Of a DNA stretch of 64,000 bases, positions 47,383 to 57,159 are shown piece after piece. Made by a program: the position numbers and the translations under genes. The notes below the pieces were generated by a model that was not told the origin of the DNA, did not search any database, and saw nothing but the letters and a program-made list of their open reading frames with translations. The DNA lies in the IMG/VR virus record IMGVR_UViG_3300035180_001680. One strand, 5' to 3'. How positions within the stretch are numbered: position 1 is the first letter of the stretch; each line of letters starts with the position of its first letter. Source of the DNA: a virus (taxonomy: Duplodnaviria > Caudoviricetes).

Positions 47383-48379
47383 TTGATTTTATCTGTTTGA
47401 GCAGTAAGTGTGAACACTATACCACATTTGACCCAAACATACAACAGAAAAAGAAAAAGCCTGGGAGTTCCAGGCTTTGTGTGTTGTATGTTTGGGTTGT
47501 TAACGAATACCGTCGTCAATCTTGTCGTATCGACCTGAAGGTAAATATCCGGGGTGGCGGCGTTTAGCTTCTTCAGCTACGTTACCGATACCTGAAGCTC
47601 GAATGTATTCAGTAATTTGAGTTGGTCCTTCTGTGCATGCCCCCATCTTAATCATCGTTACCTTGTAAAGGGGATACATATTGAGATTTACAAAAGAATT
47701 GTTCATTTTACTTCCTTTCCTTATACACATTGAAAAATAGTACCATCAGGAAGATTATAAACAGGCCATCCCCCGATGAAGAATAGATTCGCTGGATCTT
47801 TAATGAGACCCATTGTTCTAACAAGTTTGCAGTATTGGGTGTAATTGAGTTCGGCGTTCATTGATGGAATATACATCCGAACGTTGTATGGATTCGGTTT
47901 TTCCATATGAGCGTAATTGGTCATTTGCATTTTAGTGTATCACTTCTGTATCTTTAAAAAGGAATACCCCATCATCCCCGAATTTAGGGAAAAGTTCAAC
48001 GCTGGAGATTTCGAGTGGGGAAGTATAAGAGTCTATGAACTCAAACGTCGCATTAACATCGTATCCGAAATTGAGTGCAAATCTTGTCAAAGCATCCGTT
48101 GATGCGTCGTCGAAGGAATCAAAGGTCTTCTCTGACCCTTCGTATATTAATTTGGTCTTCTTATCGACGATGCTTACTTTGTACATCAGTTGACCCTATA
48201 TGAGAAGTTTGTCGGAGGTGCAACAAAGAAGTTGTAATCTTTGGTGGACCTTACGACGAGATCGTCATAGAAAGTTGTCAAAACTTCTGCTGCAAACATC
48301 AGTTGTTGAATTTCATCATTGGTTAATTCAGGTGTTGAATCACCATTGTCAAAAATCTGTTGAGTCATTTGTTGGTCCT

Positions 48380-48739
48380 TCATGATAGATCCTTTTTATA
48401 AACACTAAACATTTTGGAGTTGAAATTGTTGAATGAAATCCAATCAGCATCTTCCAATCCACGAAGTTTGAATATTAAATACAAACCACGATCTTCAGGG
48501 TCACATCTTGGATCAATGATGTCAGCTAGGCTGACTGCATCAACATATTCTGTCCCAAACATGATCACTGTATTCTGGTTGGGTTTGTAATGTTCCAACG
48601 TTTCATCAGAATTCGCGTACGCGCTTACGAAATGTAGATTCGATAATAACCGAATAATCGAATCACTAACAGCAAACTGTGTCATTTCAACTCCTTCAAC
48701 GGTATAATGTATTGTATACCAAAAGGGTGAAGAAGTCAA
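48380..48739 (-). CDS. hypothetical protein
   Basis: 119 aa; last of a run of tightly coupled small ORFs at 47500-48739. Confidence 0.55.
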   Translation of the reverse strand: MTSSPFWYTIHYTVEGVEMTQFAVSDSIIRLLSNLHFVSAYANSDETLEHYKPNQNTVIMFGTEYVDAVSLADIIDPRCDPEDRGLYLIFKLRGLEDADWISFNNFNSKMFSVYKKDLS

Positions 48740-48758
48740 CCCTCTTCACCCTTATTGT

Positions 48759-49871
48759 TTACTGCATTACACCATAAAAAGCTTGAGTTGGGTCCAAAAA
48801 TGCATTTGGAACACGAGTATCACGTTCAACATTCAACAGCCTCTTATTACGTTGTTCACCTTCAAGCAATAACGAATTTGCCATCCGTTGAAGACCAATG
48901 TCGGAAGAGTTGGTCGATGCGGTCGTGTGTGAATACATTTCAGTCACCAAATTCCAAGCATCAAAAGATGACAAGTGACCGACAACTCGTTGTGCAACTG
49001 AACGATCATCAAACACGTTTGGAAGATAGATATCAGCCAAATGGATCTGTGGATTAGCGATGTTACTGATTGTACGAAGACGATGAAGTTCATCTGGATG
49101 TATGTCGTGCATCTGTTTAATCCGAAGATTGGCGTGGTCAGTGATAGCAAGTAACTCACCAACTGTTGCACGTTCTTGACCCATTTCAAGAATCCGAGCT
49201 TTGACACGACTCTGGACTTTGTTTTGGATCTGGGTGTACGAGATGTCCATATGTTCTTCCCATCGATTGATCATAGGAATTTTTGCGTTAAAGAATTCAG
49301 TAAGACCAACCATACCGTTCGTGCAGATCTGGCGAATCAGTTCAAATACACCACGAATATGTTGACTGAACGGAGACCAGCTGTAACTCAACTGTGACGT
49401 GAATAATCCACCTTGTTGGTACTCGGTGATGTCGAGAGTTTGTTCACCCCATGGATTGGACAACAAAATATCACTTTGAGTGGTATCAACTTTGATCGCC
49501 CGAGCCAAAGGATTGACTTTAGCAACACCGATTGTATCGATCAGTTGCTGGATCGCAGTGTTATCTTGAATAAAACCGTTGTACGATCCATCACGGAAAT
49601 CAACGAGTGTGTTGTTGATGGTGAAGAACTTTCCACCGACCATTCGTTTAGCCAAAGCTTCTGGAGGAGTAAAAGAGAGTGATTGAGATACACGTGACGT
49701 TGGTTTGAATTGGTGAATGATTTCACCGTCATTGATGGAGATTATTGCAGAAGTCTTTTTTTCGGACTTCAGTTCAGAGATTTCAACTTTTTGGGCTTGA
49801 ACTACTGCCCAATCATTCACCTCGAGATGTTGATGTTGTTTGGGGGTAAGAACACGTTGTCCGAGTTGCAT
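48759..49871 (-). CDS. hypothetical protein (DUF932-like region possible)
   Basis: 370 aa; IRQICTNGMVG. Confidence 0.6.
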   Translation of the reverse strand: MQLGQRVLTPKQHQHLEVNDWAVVQAQKVEISELKSEKKTSAIISINDGEIIHQFKPTSRVSQSLSFTPPEALAKRMVGGKFFTINNTLVDFRDGSYNGFIQDNTAIQQLIDTIGVAKVNPLARAIKVDTTQSDILLSNPWGEQTLDITEYQQGGLFTSQLSYSWSPFSQHIRGVFELIRQICTNGMVGLTEFFNAKIPMINRWEEHMDISYTQIQNKVQSRVKARILEMGQERATVGELLAITDHANLRIKQMHDIHPDELHRLRTISNIANPQIHLADIYLPNVFDDRSVAQRVVGHLSSFDAWNLVTEMYSHTTASTNSSDIGLQRMANSLLLEGEQRNKRLLNVERDTRVPNAFLDPTQAFYGVMQ

Positions 49872-49925
49872 TTTGTGACCTTTCGTTTCAAAGGATTAGT
49901 AAAGTTTTGATGCGTTTGTTGTGAT

Positions 49926-51077
49926 CTACACAACAGAGACATTATCTACTATCTTTGGGGAACTCACAACGAAACTTTCATTATATCTCGTCTCCAATTC
50001 TTGAACTGACAGTAGGGGAATTGCAGTTTTGGATGTATCACGGATAATTGATTTCCGTTTTGTTTTGTCTTTCCAAAAATGACCTTTCGACATCAAGTAC
50101 TTAATAATCTGACGAAGAGCAAAGATTTGATTAGGAGTGGTAGCATTGTACTGCATTCCCAATAACCACGACAGTGCATGTGTGAATTTCAAACCAATAT
50201 CAGTTGTTGCCTTGACCTCTTTCGGAAGTCTTGGAATGTTCACTGTCTTCAGTTGAATCATCATTTTTGGGAGTTGGAGTGGTTGAATACTCTCGTAATC
50301 AAATTGATCAGTGAGTTCTTTTGCTGACCGAAGAGCAAAGTTCAAATTAACAGCAATTTGTTTGTCAACACCTTTCAGAGATGAAACCAAAGATGCTGGT
50401 TTTCCACTATCTGACTCCACGTCTGATGAATGCAAGATTCGTGCATTTTCAGTTCCAAGCGTCTTCCATATTGGAGCAGAGATACTGAATGTGTCCAAAT
50501 TCGGAAGAATTGCAACACACGCACGACTTTCTTGTTCTGCAGGTTTGAAATTCAGATAAGTGAAATGAATCGCTTCACAAGGAACTGAACGAAATAGTCC
50601 ATGTTCATCAATCTGTTTACTTGACTTTACCAAATCAAGCATTGTTTGGTTTTCCCAATGTACTCCAAAGTTATAGACGTATAGTCCATCAAAGAACCAA
50701 TCAACATTGGAATTATCAAAGAAAGTACTGACTGCATTACGAAAATGAATTTCCGCGTTTGAAGTCCAAACACGTTCAGTTCCATCAATAGATTCAATTA
50801 CCCGACTGTTTTCATTGGCTTTTTCGATCGTTATAACTTTGTCACCGTACCACATGATTAGACCTTCATGTGGGACGAAGAACTGGGACATTCCATATTT
50901 CACTTTGAACATACGAGCAAGAGATAAAGGAATATCAATTTTGATGAATTTCTCTTTGCCAGTATCAGCAAACACCTTTTCATCGAGTATGGACATTGAA
51001 CCACCAAGAGCTGTGGACACACGTTTGATTTTGACATTTTGGAACCGAACTTTTGAATGATCAAAAGGTAGAATCAT
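49926..51077 (-). CDS. hypothetical protein
   Basis: 383-aa ORF. Confidence 0.7.
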   Translation of the reverse strand: MILPFDHSKVRFQNVKIKRVSTALGGSMSILDEKVFADTGKEKFIKIDIPLSLARMFKVKYGMSQFFVPHEGLIMWYGDKVITIEKANENSRVIESIDGTERVWTSNAEIHFRNAVSTFFDNSNVDWFFDGLYVYNFGVHWENQTMLDLVKSSKQIDEHGLFRSVPCEAIHFTYLNFKPAEQESRACVAILPNLDTFSISAPIWKTLGTENARILHSSDVESDSGKPASLVSSLKGVDKQIAVNLNFALRSAKELTDQFDYESIQPLQLPKMMIQLKTVNIPRLPKEVKATTDIGLKFTHALSWLLGMQYNATTPNQIFALRQIIKYLMSKGHFWKDKTKRKSIIRDTSKTAIPLLSVQELETRYNESFVVSSPKIVDNVSVV

Positions 51078-51178
51078 TTACTTCTCCATGTGCTGATTGA
51101 CAGAACACAACCATTATAAATGAAAATGAGGGGAAAGTCAACTACTTTTCCCCTCAAAACATGGTCTTTGGTGGACCT

Positions 51179-51847
51179 TTAGTCGAAATTAATGTGCATC
51201 TTGATTGTTCGTTTTGCTTCGAATTTCACTGGATTTTTGAGAATTAGTTTATCAATCTGGTCAAGAACACCAACACGAAAATCTTCTATTATATCGTTTG
51301 CGTAGTCCTTTGCCATATTTGCCACATCTTGTGAGTTAGGGATTGATTGAGTTGGGTAATCTTCGTACATCAAAACAACAGACTCTGCCATCATTTCAAT
51401 CGCGAATTTTGCAAAAGCAGATTCAGTTTTGAATGTTCCAAACTCTTTTACAAAGTTCGAGAGGTCACTAGTTGTTTGCGTTGGTGTGACAGTAGGAGTG
51501 ACCACTGGAATATTTGGAGCATTTTTTGGAATTGCTGATGCAACACCACTGAATACAATTTTCAAGTGTCCACCAACCATATAGCTGGTATATGCTGGCT
51601 TGAGTTGTTTGGAAATGTAGACCTTTTCAACACCAGGAATCTTCATCAAATCAGGAATACATTTTTCCCGTTCTTTGTGAGTCAGTCCATCGGAATATCG
51701 TTCAATTTTGTATACAACATTCTTGGTTCGTGGGCGGGTACCTTTATGTCCACGCATGTTGGAAGATGGACCATCTGCATAATATGTGAAGTTGGGGTTA
51801 CCACCATGATCAACGATTACTGCACGGATATCACCAATTCGAGACAT
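51179..51847 (-). CDS. hypothetical protein
   Basis: 222 aa. Confidence 0.6.
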   Translation of the reverse strand: MSRIGDIRAVIVDHGGNPNFTYYADGPSSNMRGHKGTRPRTKNVVYKIERYSDGLTHKEREKCIPDLMKIPGVEKVYISKQLKPAYTSYMVGGHLKIVFSGVASAIPKNAPNIPVVTPTVTPTQTTSDLSNFVKEFGTFKTESAFAKFAIEMMAESVVLMYEDYPTQSIPNSQDVANMAKDYANDIIEDFRVGVLDQIDKLILKNPVKFEAKRTIKMHINFD

Positions 51848-51920
51848 TTATTACTCCTTACGTTTTAACAGAGACATTGTCTCATATTTTACCCTGAATG
51901 TCAACACGACTATTACCTTT

Positions 51921-52034
51921 TTAGCGGTTTTCCGTTCGAGGTATTATCCGTAAATTGGACATACAAAGTAAGCCGCACACTTCATTACTGTTTAGTGGTT
52001 CGATGTGGTCAACTCCATATCGCTCCATAAGCAT
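51921..52034 (-). pseudogene. HNH endonuclease C-terminal remnant
   Basis: VDHIEPLNSNEVCGLLCMSNLRIIPRTENR. Confidence 0.55.
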
Positions 52035-52068
52035 TATACCTACAGGAGTGTTTAATCCAGGTTTACTT

Positions 52069-53157
52069 TTACACAGTAGTGTAATCGAACTGCTCTTCAA
52101 ACCACTTGCCGTTTTTGCGGTAAGACAGAATATGGATTTCAGGTTCTCCAACAATCGCTGTTGTTTCCAAGTTATAACCCGATAGCGGATTGATAATTTC
52201 CCATACCCTGCAGTCACTGTCAGGTCTTGCTGCTCTTCCAATGACTTGATTTAGAAGGGGGTAACTTGCAAACGTTCGTCCTAGTAGGACACTCTCACAT
52301 TTTTTAACATCAACCCCCTCACTTATACGTGAACAGTTGACCACGAAGTTGTATTGACCTGCACTAAAGTCGTCGAGGATCTGGTCAAGCTCACGACTGG
52401 GTTGGCTGTCAACGAAAACAGACTTGTAACCGAGAGATTGGATATAATGATGAATCTCACTGGCTTCTTTCTTCGTTCTCATGAAAACCATTGTCTGACC
52501 CATCAGATGGATGTAGCCATCGAGAATGTCTTTGACCACACGAGTTTTATTCTTTTCAGGAGCGTCAACAAATGAATAGATTTTAGTCGGAGCAAGAAAA
52601 CCTTCTTCAACTGCCTGTTGACGAGAGATTGGTTCAATGATCTCTTCAAATTTGATCAAACAACCATCAGCTCGGTCAGGTGTAGCCGTCAAACCAATAA
52701 TCACTTTATCACCAACCTTTTCAAGTTGATACTGAATGGACATCATTGCTTCGTGGTGCGCTTCATCGAGACAAGCAATATCCCACTGTAAGTCTTTGGG
52801 AATATCAGAGAACGCTGATTGGGTTATGATTTCAACATTCTCTGCTGCAGCATATGTAAGTTCCGCTTGAGACAACAAACGACGTTTGTGAGCAATGAAT
52901 AACAACCGAAGTTTCCGACCATTTTCAATGTTTAGGACTTTACGAATTCGAGGTGACGTAAAAATCAAACCTGAAGTGACAGTCTTACCAGCACCAGTGG
53001 GAAGGACTACGAGAATCCTCTTTTTATTTTGTTCCATAGCCATCTCGACAGCATGCAGAGCGGCAAGTTGAAACCAACGACTTTTCTTTTCACCAAAGAA
53101 AATTTCTTCGTTAAACTCTTCTTCGTTTGTTACTTCATCATTTTCGAAGACAGACAT
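52069..53157 (-). CDS. superfamily 2 (DEAH-box) helicase
   Basis: LPTGAGKT, DEAHH, GLTATPDR, SEGVD, QVIGRAAR. Confidence 0.92.
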   Translation of the reverse strand: MSVFENDEVTNEEEFNEEIFFGEKKSRWFQLAALHAVEMAMEQNKKRILVVLPTGAGKTVTSGLIFTSPRIRKVLNIENGRKLRLLFIAHKRRLLSQAELTYAAAENVEIITQSAFSDIPKDLQWDIACLDEAHHEAMMSIQYQLEKVGDKVIIGLTATPDRADGCLIKFEEIIEPISRQQAVEEGFLAPTKIYSFVDAPEKNKTRVVKDILDGYIHLMGQTMVFMRTKKEASEIHHYIQSLGYKSVFVDSQPSRELDQILDDFSAGQYNFVVNCSRISEGVDVKKCESVLLGRTFASYPLLNQVIGRAARPDSDCRVWEIINPLSGYNLETTAIVGEPEIHILSYRKNGKWFEEQFDYTTV

Positions 53158-53278
53158 AAATTACTCCGTTGGTTGAACAGAAGACATTGTCCCATACATT
53201 GACGAAAAAATCAACTCATGAATCTTGGTTCCTTACAATCAGGGGAGGGCTACTAGTAGCCCTCCCCTTCAAGTTGCA

Positions 53279-53668
53279 TTACGCAGTCAGACCGAACAGG
53301 CCCATTACACGCTTGATACCAGCTTCACGGTTGGCAAACTTCTTGACAGGCTTTTCAGCTTTGCCGTTGTAGGTCGCGACCAGAGTCTTGGTGTCCATGG
53401 CGGCGATAGCTTCAGCAGTCATTGCGTTCTTCTTGGCACGAGGGGCCTTGGGCGTCTTGGGGGCCTTCACAGCCTTTTCCTTGACATCGGAACCGTCCAG
53501 CTTCCACTTACCACTTGCCACGTTGGACAGGTAGGTGGATGCACAAGCGACCGAAATACCCACTTCCTTGGCCAATTCAGCAACCACTTGACCACGCTTG
53601 GCATCCTTGAAAGCCGAATTGCTCTTCAGGGCCACATACTTTACAACGAAATCATTCTTCTTAGACAT
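53279..53668 (-). CDS. basic Lys/Ala-rich hypothetical (possible DNA-binding) protein
   Basis: KAVKAPKTPKAPRAKK. Confidence 0.6.
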   Translation of the reverse strand: MSKKNDFVVKYVALKSNSAFKDAKRGQVVAELAKEVGISVACASTYLSNVASGKWKLDGSDVKEKAVKAPKTPKAPRAKKNAMTAEAIAAMDTKTLVATYNGKAEKPVKKFANREAGIKRVMGLFGLTA

Positions 53669-53732
53669 TTGATTCTCCTTACGGTTTGGTTAACAACAAG
53701 AACATCTTACCCTATATCACAAACAACGTCAA

Positions 53733-54137
53733 CTACTTTTTACTACCTACTTCAAAATAATTCAGAACATCTTTCCAGGTGCCCGACACAACAGGGGCCT
53801 CAAAACCGTTGTCCCGACAATACACTTCGGACAGACCAATCTTCGAATTGTGACCATTCTTGGGACAGATGTTGTAGATCACATCACCAGTAATCACGTC
53901 ACTGATTCGAATATCGTCATATAACTTACCCATTACGGGACAGTTATTCTTGTACCACACATACATTGTATCAACATCAATTTTGGGTGACTTCGCAATC
54001 TTGCGAACCTTCGCATCAAGAGACTTCTGTTTTGCGACAAGGGCCTTGTCACTACAGAACCAATCGTAAAAATTGTTGCAGCGAGCGAAACTACTCGAAG
54101 AAGGATCTTCCAAATATTTTGCAAGTGTTGCAGTCAT
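53733..54137 (-). CDS. hypothetical phage protein
   Basis: FYDWFCSDKAL, FKNNCP-like motif, LYDDIRI. Confidence 0.7.
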   Translation of the reverse strand: MTATLAKYLEDPSSSSFARCNNFYDWFCSDKALVAKQKSLDAKVRKIAKSPKIDVDTMYVWYKNNCPVMGKLYDDIRISDVITGDVIYNICPKNGHNSKIGLSEVYCRDNGFEAPVVSGTWKDVLNYFEVGSKK

Positions 54138-54185
54138 TTTTGTTCCGTTTGTTTAGTCAGTAAGACTATTGTCTCACAATTGGGG

Positions 54186-54416
54186 TCATTTGTCAACATC
54201 TATACTACAATTGAGAAAAGAAACAAGAGCTTCCAAAATTTCAGTTACATGGAACACGGAACCGGCATCTGACCAGTTCAACTTATTCGGTTCTTCTTCA
54301 AGAGTAGCTTCAACTTGTTCCAATTCAATCTCGATTAACTGTATAGCTGCCCGAGATTCAGCAATACGAGTTCGAATCGCAGTTTCTAGTGAAACAGATT
54401 GGGGGAAATGTTTCAT
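54186..54416 (-). CDS. hypothetical protein
   Basis: LNWSDAGS. Confidence 0.55.
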   Translation of the reverse strand: MKHFPQSVSLETAIRTRIAESRAAIQLIEIELEQVEATLEEEPNKLNWSDAGSVFHVTEILEALVSFLNCSIDVDK

Positions 54417-54426
54417 TTTGGGTTCC

Positions 54427-54717
54427 TTAATCATTAAAGAGTAAAACAGTAACGCCCACCAGTTCTGGGTTTTGTCGAATTGAGTTTTCGGTTGGGACGA
54501 ATAACCAGTACAGTATATCGTTATCAACATCTCGAACTTCATCTTCTTCGACAAAGACAACTTGTTTGCCAGTCTTATCACTTACCATCGTGAACCCAAC
54601 ATCACAAGCGTCAGGGTAAACGCGTTCCATCCGGAAACCTTTACCCAAACTAGAGATTTCAGAGATAAATTGTTTATCACATTTGCGGTAGGTGAAACGA
54701 CTTGAGTTAACTAACAT
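54427..54717 (-). CDS. hypothetical protein
   Basis: YPDACDVGFTMVS. Confidence 0.65.
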   Translation of the reverse strand: MLVNSSRFTYRKCDKQFISEISSLGKGFRMERVYPDACDVGFTMVSDKTGKQVVFVEEDEVRDVDNDILYWLFVPTENSIRQNPELVGVTVLLFND

Positions 54718-54785
54718 TTTGATACCTTTGTTGATTTAGTGAGAACACTATACCACAAAAGGTAAAGGAATACAACAGAATAAAA

Positions 54786-54861
54786 TGGTGCTGTGTGTCG
54801 GATTTGAACTGACGACCTCATGCTTACAAGGCAAGTGCTCTACCAACTGAGCTAACACAGC
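54786..54861 (-). tRNA. tRNA-Thr(TGT)
   Basis: CTTGC-CTTGTAA-GCATG; canonical D and T arms; CCA. Confidence 0.92.
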
Positions 54862-54868
54862 ATAAATT

Positions 54869-54945
54869 TGGTCGGACATGTAGGATTCGAACCTACGACC
54901 CTTTGCTCCCAAAGCAAATGCGCTACCAGGCTGCGCTAATATCCG
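54869..54945 (-). tRNA. tRNA-Pro(TGG)
   Basis: TTTGC-TTTGGGA-GCAAA; CCA. Confidence 0.92.
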
Positions 54946-54964
54946 AATATCTAACTAATAAAAT

Positions 54965-55067
54965 ATAACTCAGAAATGATTGGCCTGTGTTTCCAATCCA
55001 CTATGGGTTTACCAGCGCTCTTTCGAGTTGGTTTCCACGTCTGCCAGCGCATGTCGTGCTGAGTTAT
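54965..55067 (-). ncRNA. candidate multibranch ncRNA
   Basis: closing stem ATAACTCAG/CTGAGTTAT; CTC-GAAA-GAG and GATTGG/CCAATC arms. Confidence 0.45.
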
Positions 55068-55233
55068 TAAAGCACCTTCATAGCGACCAGTCTGGAGGGT
55101 TCACCTCAACAAAAGGTTAGCCTCTTTCTCCTGCCAGAGCGAACGATTATTGAAATTCCATGGCAGTGGCTATATCGTTTATCGTTCCTTGTACTACTCT
55201 ATTATATCAGACCTTCGCTATAAAGGCACTTTA
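55068..55233 (-). ncRNA. candidate ncRNA with ~18-bp closing stem
   Basis: AAAGTGCCTTTATAGCGA pairs with TCGCTATGAAGGTGCTTT; inner GAACGAT/ATCGTTC; possible CTGCCA/TGGCAG pseudoknot. Confidence 0.5.
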
Positions 55234-55242
55234 ATTTTATTT

Positions 55243-55318
55243 TGGAGCGGTGTGTCGGTCTCGAACCGACGGCCTCGAACTTGGAAGGATCGCGCTCTAC
55301 CTACTGAGCTAACACCGC
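55243..55318 (-). tRNA. tRNA-Gly(TCC)
   Basis: CGATC-CTTCCAA-GTTCG; U73; CCA. Confidence 0.9.
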
Positions 55319-55332
55319 AATAATACTATTTA

Positions 55333-55405
55333 TGGAGCAGGAAAGTTGGGATTGAACCAACTTCTTTAAGGTGGACCCCTAACGCATTCAATATGCTATT
55401 CCCGC
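55333..55405 (-). tRNA. divergent tRNA-Gly-like (TCC?)
   Basis: GCGGGAA acceptor, U73, CCA; atypical anticodon loop GGTCCAC. Confidence 0.5.
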
Positions 55406-55482
55406 AAAAAGGTATTTCAGATTCGGGGCGATGTTCCCGATAAACGCCTCAAATGAGTTTCTGAAATACACAAAAATGTATT

Positions 55483-55618
55483 TAGTAAAGAATGTAAGAG
55501 GAATCGAAACCTCCAACAGCGACGGTGCGCTGCCTGTAGCCTTGGGTAATTCGACTGGCCAATCTTATTACCTCACATTAGTTCTGGATTGCAGCCCAAA
55601 ACCTAACATTCTTTACTA
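55483..55618 (-). ncRNA. tRNA-mimic / Y-RNA-like candidate
   Basis: 13-bp terminal stem TAGTAAAGAATGT/ACATTCTTTACTA next to a T-loop-like TTTCGATT arm; own TTGACT-17-TAAAAT promoter. Confidence 0.5.
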
Positions 55619-55687
55619 CATACACATTTTATAGCAATCTATTTATAAAGTCAACAAAAAGTTTTGGTCTCTATATCCGGTAATCTT

Positions 55688-55722
55688 GTGAACTACCCAA
55701 TTGTTCAATGGGGGTAGTTCAC
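55688..55722. mobile_element. palindromic IS-end remnant
   Basis: GTGAACTACCC-AATTGTTCAATGG-GGGTAGTTCAC, same ends as 28486-28523 and the TnpB right end. Confidence 0.65.
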
Positions 55723-55723
55723 C

Positions 55724-55828
55724 TTAGATCATATTAATGGAATAAATGATGATCATAGATTAGAGAACTTGAGAACAGTTTGTCCTAAATGTGATTCATT
55801 ATTACCAACTTTTTGTTGTAAAAACTAA
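55724..55828 (+). pseudogene. HNH endonuclease C-terminal remnant
   Basis: LDHINGINDDHRLENLRTVCPKCDSLLPTF*, with no 5-prime part. Confidence 0.7.
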
Positions 55829-55839
55829 AAGTTAAAAAA

Positions 55840-56159
55840 TGGTGCCCCGAGCCAGATTTGAACTGGCACGCTCGAAAGCGAGGGATTTTAAGCGGTTGTG
55901 TCTCGAAGTTTCCTTCAAGCCCGGACTATCTCTTTACCTTCAACATTATTTGGTCAGGTAATGGGCGTTCAAAGCTGGTTATTAAGAGGACTAAACCTCT
56001 CCAGTAGTCTCTACACCTTCAAGTGATGTATCACTTGCTTGGCTCGCGATTGCCATTTTAAAGGCTCTCCCGAATTAACCCATAGTTTACTCAAAGTTTC
56101 CAATTGAGGGGGACTAGCGTCATGCGATCCCTTGTGTCTACCAATTTCACCATCGGGGC
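55840..56159 (-). tRNA. tRNA-Leu(TAA) interrupted by a group I intron
   Basis: 5-prime exon GCCCCGATGGTGAAATTGGTAGACACAAGGGA; 3-prime exon CTTAAAATCCCTCGC...GGGGCACCA. Confidence 0.88.
55893..56127 (-). other. group I self-splicing intron (~235 nt, no ORF)
   Basis: core elements AATTCGGGAGAGCC (P), AATCGCGAGCCAAG (Q), GTAGAGACTA (R), AAGAGATAGTCC (S); P3 ATGGG/CCCAT; terminal G. Confidence 0.85.
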
Positions 56160-56275
56160 ATTAAATTATAAAAGAACAGTCACACCAAAAACATTTACTT
56201 CTGAGTCATTCTTCTAACTCCTTCTTTACTGGGAGACTATTATATATTAAGTATCCCATAAAGTCAACAAAAATT

Positions 56276-56351
56276 TGGTGGGCCTGGAGGATTACGATAC
56301 CTCGACCTTGGCGTTATGAGCACCCTGCTACTTCCTCTGAGCTACAGGCCC
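56276..56351 (-). tRNA. tRNA(CAT), Ile2- or Met-type
   Basis: GGGCCTG acceptor; GGGTG-CTCATAA-CGCCA; CCA. Confidence 0.75.
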
Positions 56352-56359
56352 AAACTTGT

Positions 56360-56590
56360 TTAGTGTTCCAAATAAGAACCTTCAGCTAGAGTACATATCT
56401 GATTGAACGGTTCCCTGTGAGTAGCTATATTGTCAGGTAACGCATACCTAAAGTTGTTCCAGAACTTACAAACTTCTTCCGGAGTTGTGGGTTCAGGTTC
56501 ACCTTTTTTACATACGTTGAACAAAGACACATAGTAATCATATGCATACACAGCTTCTACAGTTTCTTGATGAAGTTTCAAAACGTTCAT
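56360..56590 (-). CDS. hypothetical protein
   Basis: 76 aa; ATGA-coupled. Confidence 0.55.
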   Translation of the reverse strand: MNVLKLHQETVEAVYAYDYYVSLFNVCKKGEPEPTTPEEVCKFWNNFRYALPDNIATHREPFNQICTLAEGSYLEH

Positions 56591-56777
56591 TTGTTAAACC
56601 TTTCAAGTAAGTTTTGTGCCAATTCAACTCGGCCGACATCAACGCCACCACTGAAGGCATCATCGACGTTACCACCAGCATAATCATCAACAATGAAGTC
56701 TTCTTCATCTGTATCCCAGCATCCACCATCGATAATTTTTTGTAAAAAGTCCACTAATTCTTGTTGCATCATATGAT

Positions 56778-57158
56778 CTACTTGGTTTTGAAATTTTTGA
56801 TGTTCGCTTTAACGACACTGTGTTCCAACAATCCCTTCAAATACTTATACTCTTTTTTAGCAGCCTTAAAGTACCCCGGATCATCACCTTCGTCCGTGCT
56901 CATTACAGCTAAAGTGTAAGGAGTCCCTTCACAATACTGTTTCCCTGTATCAATACAGATAGGACAGTGTTTGCAATCATCAGAGCGATCCTGGCCTGTT
57001 GTCTGTGGAGAGTTAGAATATGTATTAAATTCTGCACACAAAGGACAGCTAGAAATTCCTCGGTCTAAATCTTGATTGCCGTTCTTAATCTTTTTCCATT
57101 TCTTGATAGATTTTTCGAGTGCTTTGTAAGTCTTCTTGTTCAACATAAACACTTTCAT
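56778..57158 (-). CDS. hypothetical Cys-rich protein
   Basis: SIKKWKKI, CPLC, CKHCPI. Confidence 0.6.
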   Translation of the reverse strand: MKVFMLNKKTYKALEKSIKKWKKIKNGNQDLDRGISSCPLCAEFNTYSNSPQTTGQDRSDDCKHCPICIDTGKQYCEGTPYTLAVMSTDEGDDPGYFKAAKKEYKYLKGLLEHSVVKANIKNFKTK

Positions 57159-57159
57159 T

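Noticed and set aside
47455-47480. Third attenuator, because the AAAGCCTGG/CCAGGCTTT stem matches terminator 2
   Set aside because: It follows a normal gene, with no leader or tRNA cluster downstream; ordinary terminator.
51921-52241. 106-aa ORF overlapping the helicase end
   Set aside because: The N-terminal two-thirds is a shadow frame; only the last ~37 codons look like an HNH remnant.
55068-55233. Cobalamin riboswitch (GCCACTG present)
   Set aside because: Other B12-box and core elements are missing, and it is not upstream of a CDS.
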